Positions 49,251-59,008 are shown, numbered from the stretch's first letter. The stretch: DNA of 64,000 nt from Candidatus Nanohaloarchaea archaeon (GCA_014297435.1 JACOQA010000004.1:64001-128000); one strand, 5' to 3'. Numbers and translations are program-made. The notes: generated by a model not told the origin, from the letters alone.

Positions 49251-51260
49251 ATGAGTCCGGGGGGATCAGTAGAGTACGGGGAAGCAGTCAACGAGTTCGA
49301 GGAGTTTTTCTCGGATAAATACTATGATAAGGTAGCTGACGCAGTTCAGGACGGCGAGGAATCTATCGTCGTTGACTTTATGGAAATGGACATGTTCGAA
49401 CCACGTCTAAGCGACTACCTGAGAGAAGATCCGGAATCCGCAATTAATGCTGCCGAAGAAGGTGTTCTAGGCGTAGATATTGTTTCAGACGAAGATTTCA
49501 AGGTACGTTTTACCAACATGCCGGAAGAAGATTTTGTCCTACTCAGGAACCTCCGTTCCAAACACATAGGAAAGTACATTCCTATCGAAGGGATGATCAA
49601 GAGAGCTTCCCAAGTCAAACCGGAAGTTGTATCCGCTATATTCGAGTGCGCGCAATGCGGCGACCGGTACGAGAAAGAACAGGATTCTTCAGAGCTGAAA
49701 AGCCCTTACAAATGTGACTGCGGGTCCAGAAAGTTTGAAACAGTCGAAAAAAGGATGACGGACACACAGACAATAACTGTAGAAGAGAACCCAGAGTCAA
49801 GAGAAGGTTCTGAACAGCCTTCCACACTTCAGATAAGATTGGAAGGAGATCTTGTGGATCCTGACTTCCAGAAAAAAGTTGTACCTGGTAACGTCGCAGA
49901 AATAACCGGCGTTGTAAAAGAAAGACCGTTGAAGAAGAACTCGAAGAAGTTCGATATCTACATGGAAGGAAACTACCTCGAACCAACACAGCAGGAGTTC
50001 GAAGAGCTTACTCTTAACGACGAGGAGCGGGAGAAAATCGAGGAGATGGCGGAAGACCCCGAAATATTTGATAAAATAGCGCGTTCGATCGCTCCCTCAA
50101 TCTACGGTCACCAACAGATCAAGAAAGCTATTGCATTACAGATCTTTGGAGGAGTAAAGAAGACTAGAGAAGACGGAGTCAAATCTAGAGGCGATATACA
50201 CATGCTCCTAATTGGAGAGCCTGGTACAGGCAAATCTCAGATGCTTAAGTTTACAGGAGAGCTTGCGCCGAAAGGACGTTACGTTGTAGGTAAATCAAGC
50301 ACCGGAGCCGGCTTGACTGCCGCAGTTGTGAGAGATGAGACTACGGGAGAGTTCGAGCTTGAGGCAGGAGCCGTTGTCTTAGCGAACAAAGGTACCGCGG
50401 TTATTGACGAGATTGATAAGATGTCAGAGGAGGATCGTTCCAGCCTTCACGAGGCGATGGAGCAGCAGCAGATCTCCGTTTCGAAAGCAAATATCCAGGC
50501 GACCTTAAATGCTCAGACCTCTATCTTGGCGGCCGGAAACCCTAAGTTCGGGCGTTTCGATCCTTACGAACCGATTCCACAGCAGATTGAGATTGGGGAC
50601 ACTCTACTCTCTCGTTTCGACTTCATCTTCCCGGTTAAGGACGAACCGGATGAGTCGAAGGACACGAAGCTTTCCTCACAAGTTTTAAAGAATCATATTG
50701 ATCCTGAGGAGACTGATGCAGAGATACATCAGGAAAGGCTAAGGAAGTACGTTGCTTACGCAAAGAAGAACTACAAGCCTGACTTGACTCAGGCTGCGGC
50801 CGACAAGATACAGGAGTTCTACGTATCGATGAGACAGAAAGGCGGAAATGAGGCAGGCGACTCCGTCCCGGTTACGGCAAGACAGCTTGAAGCTCTTGTC
50901 CGTGTCGCCGAGGCGTCAGCACGAGCCGAGTTGAAGGAAGAAGTTGAGGTGGAAGATGCCGAGAGAGCTATCGACATACTGACCTACTGTTTAGAACAGG
51001 TAGGAGTTGACCCTGAGACAGGCGAGTTTGACGCCGACATTATCGAGACCGGCACCTCCTCAAGCCAGAGAAACCGTGCTCAGACAATCAAGCACATTTT
51101 GAAGCAGATGGCGGGTGAAAGCTCTGTGGAACTAGAAGAAGTTCTGGACGAGGCAGAGGAGGAAGGACTTGATAGAGATAAGACTGAGCAGCGGATTAAA
51201 CAGTTGATGCGGGACGGCGAAGTGTTCGAGCCTGAGCCCGGAAAGGTCAAGATGATGTAG
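49251..51260 (+). CDS. mcm: Replicative helicase MCM (no intein)
   Basis: GEPGTGKSQ, IDEIDKM, LSRFD, TARQLE, Zn finger. Confidence 0.98.
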   Translation: MSPGGSVEYGEAVNEFEEFFSDKYYDKVADAVQDGEESIVVDFMEMDMFEPRLSDYLREDPESAINAAEEGVLGVDIVSDEDFKVRFTNMPEEDFVLLRNLRSKHIGKYIPIEGMIKRASQVKPEVVSAIFECAQCGDRYEKEQDSSELKSPYKCDCGSRKFETVEKRMTDTQTITVEENPESREGSEQPSTLQIRLEGDLVDPDFQKKVVPGNVAEITGVVKERPLKKNSKKFDIYMEGNYLEPTQQEFEELTLNDEEREKIEEMAEDPEIFDKIARSIAPSIYGHQQIKKAIALQIFGGVKKTREDGVKSRGDIHMLLIGEPGTGKSQMLKFTGELAPKGRYVVGKSSTGAGLTAAVVRDETTGEFELEAGAVVLANKGTAVIDEIDKMSEEDRSSLHEAMEQQQISVSKANIQATLNAQTSILAAGNPKFGRFDPYEPIPQQIEIGDTLLSRFDFIFPVKDEPDESKDTKLSSQVLKNHIDPEETDAEIHQERLRKYVAYAKKNYKPDLTQAAADKIQEFYVSMRQKGGNEAGDSVPVTARQLEALVRVAEASARAELKEEVEVEDAERAIDILTYCLEQVGVDPETGEFDADIIETGTSSSQRNRAQTIKHILKQMAGESSVELEEVLDEAEEEGLDRDKTEQRIKQLMRDGEVFEPEPGKVKMM

Positions 51261-51315
51261 AAACTTACCGTCGCACGTATAAAAATTCATAAGAATATCT
51301 TAGGTACAGGATACC

Positions 51316-52062
51316 ATGCCCCAGCAGAAACGACAGACAGCGAAGCTCGCGAACGCACAAAAACTGAACTCCGGAAAATACTTCCAGAAAGAAGGATTCA
51401 CACCTAACTACCTTCTGACACCGGAAGGACAGAGATATTCGAGAGCTAGGGTTGTGGCTACAGTTGTCGACACGTTTGTAAACGAAGACGAAACTTACGG
51501 TTCAATTACTTTAGACGATGGAACAGACACTATCCAGTTGAAGTTTTTCAACGAACTAGATGATTTAGAAGACTTCGAGGTCGGAGATGTTGTAGAAGCT
51601 GTGGGCAAAGTACGAGAGTACCAGGGACAGATCTACATGAACGCTGAGATCCTCGAAGAAAGAGACGTAGAGAAAGAGCTTCTTCACGAACTCAAGTTGA
51701 AGAAGACAACCGAGGAATGGAACCAGATTCGGGAAACAGTAAAACAGCTCAAGGAATCAGGTAAAGATCAGGAAGAGATAGAGAAGGAGATGGCTGGAAA
51801 GCTTGATGAGGCTGAAGTTGACGCTCTACTTCAATCATTTGGAGAACAGTTCGACCAAGGAGTTTCCGACGAGGAAAGAGAGAACCTTGAAAGAGAGGTT
51901 ATCGAAGCTGTAGAGAATCTTGAGGATGATGAAGGAGCCGACTACGAGGATATAGCGGATGAAGTCGATGCTCCAGAAGACCAGCTAGAAGACACAATCA
52001 ATTCGCTTCTGAGCGAGGGAACATTCTACGAACCGGAACCTGGCAAGATCAAGAAGCTTTAA
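51316..52062 (+). CDS. RPA2-like OB-fold protein with C-terminal winged helix
   Basis: SRARVVATVV, TLDDGTDTI, VGKVREY. Confidence 0.8.
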   Translation: MPQQKRQTAKLANAQKLNSGKYFQKEGFTPNYLLTPEGQRYSRARVVATVVDTFVNEDETYGSITLDDGTDTIQLKFFNELDDLEDFEVGDVVEAVGKVREYQGQIYMNAEILEERDVEKELLHELKLKKTTEEWNQIRETVKQLKESGKDQEEIEKEMAGKLDEAEVDALLQSFGEQFDQGVSDEERENLEREVIEAVENLEDDEGADYEDIADEVDAPEDQLEDTINSLLSEGTFYEPEPGKIKKL

Positions 52063-52073
52063 GGTGGAAACCG

Positions 52074-52601
52074 GTGAAACCCGGAACCACAATCTTTCTT
52101 ATTCTATGTATAACTGCTTCAGGATGCATATCCACGGATAAAAGCCCTGAAAATAGAGAAAAGAATCTTTCTGTCGAAGTTTCCAGAGTTGTTGACGGAG
52201 ATACTGTAGAAGTAGTTTTGAATGGTTCTAAGGAAGACATCCGTTTGATCGGGGTTGATACGCCGGAAGTGCATGTAGAGGTTGATCCCGCAGAGTACGA
52301 GGGAATACCAACAAATGAAACAGGAGAAAAGTGTTTGGAGAAATGGGGCGAAAAAGCTTCTAACTACGCAAAAGGCAGGATTTCCGGAACAGTAGAGTTG
52401 GAGGTCTCAACTAATAGCGGTAAAATTGATAGAGGCAGTTATGACAGAATTCTCGGCGAAATATGGGTAAATAATACGTCTTTTAACCGTCAACTGGTTC
52501 TAGATGGTTATGCGCGTTCTTACTCTACTGATGGTCCTTACATGCGTGAAGAGGTTGAAGCGATCAGGAATAATAGAGGTCTGTGGGGTTGTACGGGTTG
52601 A
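52074..52601 (+). CDS. Thermonuclease (SNase) family lipoprotein
   Basis: ASGC lipobox, VVDGDT, IRLIGVDTPE, YDRIL, RGLW. Confidence 0.92.
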   Translation: MKPGTTIFLILCITASGCISTDKSPENREKNLSVEVSRVVDGDTVEVVLNGSKEDIRLIGVDTPEVHVEVDPAEYEGIPTNETGEKCLEKWGEKASNYAKGRISGTVELEVSTNSGKIDRGSYDRILGEIWVNNTSFNRQLVLDGYARSYSTDGPYMREEVEAIRNNRGLWGCTG

Positions 52602-52632
52602 AGTTAAGAAGATTTCCAACTAGTAAAGTTTT

Positions 52633-53028
52633 ATGAGCGATTACGAAGACCTTCTCGACAAAGGACTGGAAGAAGCCGATGAAACATCACAGGGAGAACG
52701 TTTCGAGCTACCTGAGGCAGAGACCAGGAAAGAAGGATCAAAAACCATTCTTGAGAACTTCAAGGAAATTGCGGAAACCGTTGGAAGAGAGGAGAAACAT
52801 TTCTCAAAGTTTATCCAAGACGAATTAGGTACCAACGGTCACATCGAAGGCTCCGAACTTGTGTTGAACGGAGAGTTCAGAAGAGGTAATGTTAACGGAA
52901 GGATCGAGAACTATGCTAGAGACTGGGTTTACTGTCCAGAGTGCGAGTCTCCAGACACGAAGATTGTGAAGGAGAAAGGCGTAGAAATGATGAAATGTCA
53001 GGCTTGTGGAGCTAGAAATCCCGTCTGA
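52633..53028 (+). CDS. eif2b: Translation initiation factor 2 subunit beta
   Basis: YEDLLD, NFKEIA, CPECESPDT, CQACGA. Confidence 0.95.
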   Translation: MSDYEDLLDKGLEEADETSQGERFELPEAETRKEGSKTILENFKEIAETVGREEKHFSKFIQDELGTNGHIEGSELVLNGEFRRGNVNGRIENYARDWVYCPECESPDTKIVKEKGVEMMKCQACGARNPV

Positions 53029-53149
53029 GACTTGAAGAGTCTGAAAGCCCGACCTCTTTTATAAAGGTTTCCTGTCATTTAGGTGACAAGGTGTAGGGAG
53101 TGGCAGGTTTGAAGCCTCTTCTCCTAATTCAATTTTCAGGTGTAACACT

Positions 53150-53380
53150 ATGAACGATCAAGCTAACGCACAGCAAGTTATGCAGGTAATGCAGCAGAAG
53201 CTAGGAAACCTAGAACTAACAACACACGCACTTCTTTCCGTACTACAGGAAAAAGATATTGTAGACCAGGAAGAAGTTAACGAGGAAGCTCAGAAGATTG
53301 TCGAAGAGATGCAGGAACAGCAGGCAGAGATGGGCGACCAGATGGGAGACCTAGAAGATCAGCTAGAGGACGACGAGTAA
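53150..53380 (+). CDS. Small acidic helical hypothetical protein
   Basis: 76 aa; AGGTG SD; T-rich terminator. Confidence 0.7.
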   Translation: MNDQANAQQVMQVMQQKLGNLELTTHALLSVLQEKDIVDQEEVNEEAQKIVEEMQEQQAEMGDQMGDLEDQLEDDE

Positions 53381-53488
53381 TATCGTCGTTTTCCCTTTCT
53401 ACGTTTCTGAATTATTAATTTAGATCAGCGCCAGTTCAGCCAAATTCTACGAAAGAACTTATATGATTTATTGTTCTATAATGACAAC

Positions 53489-53767
53489 ATGTCCACCATC
53501 CGAAGGAAAGTTGAACCTGAAGACTTCATATCAGATGACAAAGATTCGGACAGAGAGTACAGAACAATCGAATATGAAGGAAAAAAGCTAATTGTTTCCG
53601 AGCTCAAACTAAACTATGGCGATGGAGTAGCGGATGTTCCAGGCTATCTAGAAGAAGAAACAAACAGTGTTAACCCGGTGCCAGAAGAAGATAGGGAAGA
53701 GATCCAAGATTTAGTTCAAGCCTCATCCCCCAACAACCTAGAGAAAGACGATATACTGTTCTGGTAA
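53489..53767 (+). CDS. Hypothetical protein
   Basis: Acidic ORF; TTATAT box upstream. Confidence 0.6.
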   Translation: MSTIRRKVEPEDFISDDKDSDREYRTIEYEGKKLIVSELKLNYGDGVADVPGYLEEETNSVNPVPEEDREEIQDLVQASSPNNLEKDDILFW

Positions 53768-53770
53768 AAC

Positions 53771-54424
53771 CTACATTTCTCCATACTTTTCACAAAGCTC
53801 ACAGCTATCCTCTCTTGCTGTACAGCCATTCCTGCCGTGCGTAATCAGAAGGATGTGAAACGGATACTTGATATCATCAGGAACTTTTTCCTCCATAATC
53901 TCATGTGTTTTACTTCTCGAGCACCCTTCCGGAACTAAACCTAATCTCTGAGAAAGCCTGTGTACATGTGTGTCCACTGGGAAGGTCGGCATTCCGAAAT
54001 GGAAACAAAGTATTACTGAAGCTGTCTTCGGTCCGATTCCAGGTATCTCGGTCAACCAGTTCTTCGCCTCCTCCACATTCATGTCGTTGAGAAACTCGAT
54101 GGAGTATTCTCCATCGTTCTCTTTCCTGATTATCTTCAAAGCCTTCTGGATTCGCTCTGCCTTTGTAGGTCCAAGACCTACAATACGTATAGTCTCCGTC
54201 AACTCGTCGTGCGGAGCGTTCTCAATCGCTTCATAGTCATCTCCGTACTCTTCTTTGAGGTTCCGGAAGCCTTTATCGCGGTTGATATCGTTGGTGTTCT
54301 GGGAGAGAATTGTTTCAATAACCCAGTCGATACCTGACTTTTGATCAGGTCTCTCAGGTTCACCGTACCTCCCAAGAAGATCTTGGTAAATTTCCCGTAT
54401 TTTTTCTTGTTCGTCCATAAACAT
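53771..54424 (-). CDS. nth: Endonuclease III / HhH-GPD DNA glycosylase
   Basis: ILSQNTND, IPGIGPKTA, PVDTHVHR. Confidence 0.92.
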   Translation of the reverse strand: MFMDEQEKIREIYQDLLGRYGEPERPDQKSGIDWVIETILSQNTNDINRDKGFRNLKEEYGDDYEAIENAPHDELTETIRIVGLGPTKAERIQKALKIIRKENDGEYSIEFLNDMNVEEAKNWLTEIPGIGPKTASVILCFHFGMPTFPVDTHVHRLSQRLGLVPEGCSRSKTHEIMEEKVPDDIKYPFHILLITHGRNGCTAREDSCELCEKYGEM

Positions 54425-54447
54425 CGATTTGGTCGAGAAGTTTCAAA

Positions 54448-55326
54448 TTAGTTCGACCTACCTAATTGTAAGCCGTAAAACCTCTCAAGTATTGATCTGT
54501 TAGGATCGAAACCGCCAACAAACTTGCCCGGAAGTTTTTTGGAAAGATCTCTCTGACCTCTAAGATAAACTTCACCCTCCAGCCCCTCTAAGACTTGTCT
54601 GATCTCATTAAGATGCGATTCAATTTGCTCCTCACGTTTCTTTTCAAAACGTCCCTGTGAGAAACCGCCTTTACCATGTTCACGGTCAATTCTGGACTTC
54701 AGAACCTCAACTTCTTCGAATCCCCCACCTTTCTCGGTATAAATATAGGTTTCTCCGGCTGAAACAAGTGTGAAGTATTTCTTTCTCTTGAAGAATTCCA
54801 TTATTGGCTCGACATCAAATTTTTCTTCGATAGAGAACTTTTCGGGGTAGAAAGGCGCCACCTTTAGAATAAATGATCCTAGCTCCTCATCGATAAACGC
54901 AACAAAACCATTCTCGCCCTGAATCCGCGAATACTGGTTTTTCGTAATAGAGTTCTTGATCGAACGAAGATCTCTATGATCTTCAAGCTTACCGGGACTG
55001 TAAATACTGACTAGTTCGCCGCCTCCTGACTCAATAGTCGATAGCTTTTCCAAGAGTCTTCTGGCAGAATTGTAGTCCAAGTTCTCGAATGTCCCATCCC
55101 ATTCTTCCTCTTCCTCTTCGACCTCATTATCTTTATCCTGTTTGTCTTTCAGCCGGTTAAGCTCTTCTTCGGCCTCCTGTTTCTTCCTGGAAAGTTCTTT
55201 CCGTCTTTCCTCTTCAGCCTTAAAACGGTTCCTCCAGCTTTCTTTGTCCTGTTTTTCCTCTTCAAGCTTCTGTTCGAGCTCTTCGATTCTTTCCTCAAGT
55301 TCTTCTGTGTTCCAGGGAAGCTTCAT
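54448..55326 (-). CDS. VLRF1 (Vms1/ANKZF1-like) release-factor family protein
   Basis: N-terminal coiled coil; HGKGGFSQGRFE loop. Confidence 0.85.
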   Translation of the reverse strand: MKLPWNTEELEERIEELEQKLEEEKQDKESWRNRFKAEEERRKELSRKKQEAEEELNRLKDKQDKDNEVEEEEEEWDGTFENLDYNSARRLLEKLSTIESGGGELVSIYSPGKLEDHRDLRSIKNSITKNQYSRIQGENGFVAFIDEELGSFILKVAPFYPEKFSIEEKFDVEPIMEFFKRKKYFTLVSAGETYIYTEKGGGFEEVEVLKSRIDREHGKGGFSQGRFEKKREEQIESHLNEIRQVLEGLEGEVYLRGQRDLSKKLPGKFVGGFDPNRSILERFYGLQLGRSN

Positions 55327-55414
55327 GGTTTCAGGTACTTCTCCACGGGTTTAAAGCCTTGTACAGCGGAAAAGTTAAAAAGGTAGTCGATAACTTCTGG
55401 ATGTGGGATAAGAC

Positions 55415-55717
55415 ATGACTGCAAAGACTGTTGAGGAACTTTCACCCGAGGACGACGATATTGAAATCGAAGGAAAAATTGCCGAACTACCGACTCCACG
55501 TGCCGTGACCACCCAGTACGGCCAGAAAAAAATTACTACCGTAGTTTTCGAGGACGAGACCGGAAAGATCGACCTCACCCTCTGGGAAGAGGAAATTGAG
55601 GCAGTTGAAGAGGGCGCAAGCGTCAGGATAGAAGGCGCCTACGTCCGTGAATGGGCTGACGATATTCAGCTCAACATCGGCCGCGATGGAAACATCGAAC
55701 AGGTAGAAGAGGAATAA
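55415..55717 (+). CDS. Single-OB-fold ssDNA-binding protein
   Basis: DETGKIDLTLW, IEGAYVREW..QLNIGRDG. Confidence 0.88.
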   Translation: MTAKTVEELSPEDDDIEIEGKIAELPTPRAVTTQYGQKKITTVVFEDETGKIDLTLWEEEIEAVEEGASVRIEGAYVREWADDIQLNIGRDGNIEQVEEE

Positions 55718-55813
55718 ACTAGAAACCCGGGACCGGAAAGTCCCTCACAACCTTAACTTCTATTTCTATATACTGGGATTTTTAACTTCTCAGCATCAAA
55801 CTTGGCATAAAGG

Positions 55814-56902
55814 ATGGGAATCGAGGAACGTATACAGGAGCTTGAGGACAAACTTGAGGAAACTCCTGTCAACAAAGCAACGGAGACTGAGAGAGGTCGT
55901 ATCAAGGGCCAGATCGCTGACCTGAAGGAGGAGAAGCAAAAGAAGCAGAAAAGTACCGAAGACACTTCCGGATACGCTGTTGAGAAGAAAGGCGATGCCA
56001 CAGTCGCACTTGTAGGATTCCCGAGTGTCGGAAAATCTTCTTTACTCAATAAACTTACTAACGCTGATTCCGAGACAGGGGAATACGAGTTCACAACCTT
56101 AGATGTCGAGCCCGGCATGTTGAAACATAGAGGCGCAAACATACAGATACTTGACGTACCTGGCTTGATTGGAGGTGCCGCAGATGGTAGAGGTGGAGGA
56201 CAACAGGTTCTCTCTGTTGTCAGAAACGCCGACCTGATTCTATACATGCTTGACCCCGAGGAGATGAGAGAAGAGGAGATCAAACAGGAGATATACAACG
56301 TCGGAATACGTACAAATATCGAACCCCCGAACATGAAGGTGGAGAAGAAAGGAAAAGGCGGTATAACAGTCTCCTCAACTGTAGACCTAGATATTGAACA
56401 CGATACTGTCGAAAGCATTATGCATCAGAAAGGTTTCGTAAATGCTAACGTTACTATAAGAGAGGAAATGGATCTTGACCGTTTTATCGACGGTTTAATG
56501 AACAACAGGAAGTACATTCCTGCAATTACCACAGTTAACAAGATAGATCTGATTGATTCCAGTAAAGTAAATGATTACGAGGAAGAGTACGATTTACTTA
56601 TATCTGCGAAGGACGGAAAGAATCTCGATGAGCTGAAGGATTTGATCTTCGAGGGACTAGGGCTTATCAGGATCTACATGAAGGAAAAAGGCGAAGAAGC
56701 CGACAAAGACGACCCCCTGATTCTTAGAGAAGGAGATACCGTTGAAAGTGCGCTTGAAACACTTCCCGGTGATATGAAGGATCGTTTCAAGAAAGCCAAA
56801 GTCACAGGTCCTTCATCGAAGTTCCCTAACCAAAAGGTGGGAGTAGAGCATGAGTTGATGGACGAAGATGTTCTTGAGTTAAACTTGAGGCATCTTAGTT
56901 GA
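55814..56902 (+). CDS. DRG/Obg family GTPase with TGS domain
   Basis: VGFPSVGKS, YEFTT, DVPG, NKID. Confidence 0.95.
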   Translation: MGIEERIQELEDKLEETPVNKATETERGRIKGQIADLKEEKQKKQKSTEDTSGYAVEKKGDATVALVGFPSVGKSSLLNKLTNADSETGEYEFTTLDVEPGMLKHRGANIQILDVPGLIGGAADGRGGGQQVLSVVRNADLILYMLDPEEMREEEIKQEIYNVGIRTNIEPPNMKVEKKGKGGITVSSTVDLDIEHDTVESIMHQKGFVNANVTIREEMDLDRFIDGLMNNRKYIPAITTVNKIDLIDSSKVNDYEEEYDLLISAKDGKNLDELKDLIFEGLGLIRIYMKEKGEEADKDDPLILREGDTVESALETLPGDMKDRFKKAKVTGPSSKFPNQKVGVEHELMDEDVLELNLRHLS

Positions 56903-56937
56903 ATAAAAATAAAGAGAGAAAATTCCAGAGGATTTCT

Positions 56938-57255
56938 TTACTCTTCATCACTACGCTTTTCCTGTTCTCTTTCGATTAGGTCTCTGAGCGCGGAGGCTAG
57001 GAATCCTAATGTAATAGCGTCGCCTACAATTTTTAGCGAAGGGAATGCTAGTGGACCCATCTTGAGGAGACCTCCTTGAGTGTCGATAAGCGGTGTAAAC
57101 ATCATAATCGAGAATACCGCTGTGGCTGCCGCAACTTTAATACTCAGTCTCTCCTCGAAGTCCTTGTGGTACACATCAAGATACCAGATTGTAAGCATTG
57201 CAGCCACAAGTCCTCCTGCGCCTATAAATGCACTTATGAGCGTATAAGTTTCCAT
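56938..57255 (-). CDS. Hypothetical membrane protein
   Basis: 105 aa, three hydrophobic segments. Confidence 0.65.
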   Translation of the reverse strand: METYTLISAFIGAGGLVAAMLTIWYLDVYHKDFEERLSIKVAAATAVFSIMMFTPLIDTQGGLLKMGPLAFPSLKIVGDAITLGFLASALRDLIEREQEKRSDEE

Positions 57256-57416
57256 AAAGTCGAATTAGCTAAGCTCAGTTTTAAACCTTCCCTAAAAACG
57301 TATTACAAAAACCCTCTATTTTTGGAGCTTAAACCATTTTTGTATTACATATTTCTAGCGGAAGTAACGGAAAGGTACGTCTCCCTGTTTTAAACTACCG
57401 GAAGTATTATAGTTCC

Positions 57417-58436
57417 GTGAGAACTCCGAACACTGTTATAGAGGACGCGAGGGTGCTAACAGCCGACTTTCTGCCGAACAGAATGGTTCACAGGAACTCA
57501 CAGCTCAACGAGATAAAACGCTGCCTCGAACCCATACTCGACGGAAAGAACCCGAGAAACATGCTGCTCTACGGACCTCCAGGAACCGGAAAATCAACCA
57601 TGGCAGAGTACGTAGTCGATGAACTACAGAAACACTCCTCCACAGTTGTGTGGGGAAGCGTCAACTGCTGGAGATACCCCTCAAGATTCAAAGTATACTA
57701 CAACCTACTACAGGACATAGGAGTCAACCTGATCCACAGGACAGGAACACCTACGGACGAACTGGTTGACAAGTTCAGGGAAAAAGTATCGGGAAGACCG
57801 AGCATCGTTATACTCGATGAGGTAGACCAGATCGAAGAGGAAAGAATACTCTACGACTTTGCCCGAGAAAACAACATAGGGTTGATAATGATCGCCAACA
57901 AGGAAACCGCATTATACGATGTCGACCAGAGAATAAGATCCTCTCTGGAAGGAACCAAAGAAGTACGTTTCCCAGCCTACCCGCAAGAAGAACTAGTCGA
58001 CATCCTAAAGGATAGGAGGAAGTGGGGTTTGAGAAAAGAGGCTGTAGACAACCAGCAACTAAACAGAATCGCTTCAAGAGCGGATGGTGACGCCCGGGTT
58101 GCGATAAACGGTTTGAGGATTGCTGCGGAAGAAGCAGAGAACAGGGACATGGAAGAAATTACTGACGCAATAGTCGAGAACGCCCTGCCGCAAGCCGAAG
58201 AAGAGAACAAATCCAAGTCAGTCGATAAGTTAAACGGACACCAGGAAGTTCTCTACGAGATCATTAAGGAAGAGGGAGAGATTTCTCCAGGCGAACTGTA
58301 CGAGGAGTACGAGGAAAAGGTGGATGATCCGAAGACCGAAAGAACCCGAAGGAAGTACTTGAAGAAGATGGATCACTACCGCTTGATCGAGTCAGAAGGA
58401 GAAGGTCGTTGGAGGAAGTACCGGTTACAGGAGTAG
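57417..58436 (+). CDS. cdc6: Orc1/Cdc6 replication initiator
   Basis: YGPPGTGKS, ILDEVD, GDARVAI, C-terminal winged helix. Confidence 0.95.
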   Translation: MRTPNTVIEDARVLTADFLPNRMVHRNSQLNEIKRCLEPILDGKNPRNMLLYGPPGTGKSTMAEYVVDELQKHSSTVVWGSVNCWRYPSRFKVYYNLLQDIGVNLIHRTGTPTDELVDKFREKVSGRPSIVILDEVDQIEEERILYDFARENNIGLIMIANKETALYDVDQRIRSSLEGTKEVRFPAYPQEELVDILKDRRKWGLRKEAVDNQQLNRIASRADGDARVAINGLRIAAEEAENRDMEEITDAIVENALPQAEEENKSKSVDKLNGHQEVLYEIIKEEGEISPGELYEEYEEKVDDPKTERTRRKYLKKMDHYRLIESEGEGRWRKYRLQE

Positions 58437-58507
58437 AGATTTTTTCTATCGGAACTTCCGGTAACCTCCTCGTTTGTTTATAAACCGAGTCTTGTCCTTT
58501 GAAAGAT

Positions 58508-58702
58508 ATGTCCGCAAACATTCGTGCCTACGAGGACCATTTCGAGTACCTTCCCGAGAAGGAGAAAAAAGCCGTAAAACAGCTCTTAGATGCCGAAGAA
58601 GAGGATAAGGTTCCTATGATGATCGTGAAACAGGTCGACCGCAACAAGATGTATGAGGAAGAAGAAAACCACACTATATCTAGGATGCGAAGAAAGCCTT
58701 AG
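58508..58702 (+). CDS. Small hypothetical protein
   Basis: TTTATAAA box about 25 nt before ATG 58508. Confidence 0.6.
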   Translation: MSANIRAYEDHFEYLPEKEKKAVKQLLDAEEEDKVPMMIVKQVDRNKMYEEEENHTISRMRRKP

Positions 58703-58781
58703 AAACCTTTATGAACTCCGCAAAACGATTAGAACGGTTTTCAAGAGCAAGGGTTTATAAGCGTGCAGGGGGATTTTTAGC

Positions 58782-58892
58782 ATGATGCAAACCGATTTCA
58801 TGGATGAGACTGGTCGACAGATTCCGGTCGAGTTCGAACAGGGAAACCTCTTTTCCCGCGCGGTAAGCAAACTAATGGGTTTCAGAAACTAG
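58782..58892 (+). CDS. Small protein, 36 aa (not in ORF track)
   Basis: MMQTDFMDETGRQIPVEFEQGNLFSRAVSKLMGFRN; TTTATAAG at 58754-61; T-tract downstream. Confidence 0.5.
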   Translation: MMQTDFMDETGRQIPVEFEQGNLFSRAVSKLMGFRN

Positions 58893-59008
58893 GGAGGGGA
58901 ACCCGACCCGAGATTTCTTCTTTTCTATTATCAACCAGTTAATTGTAGATCAACCCGCTTAAATCTTTCCGATAAAGCTCTAATACCATTTGAACAGTTA
59001 TACTACAT

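Noticed and set aside
53085-53149. Possible structured 5' leader of the 53150 gene
   Set aside because: Pairing is imperfect and matches no RNA family I recognise
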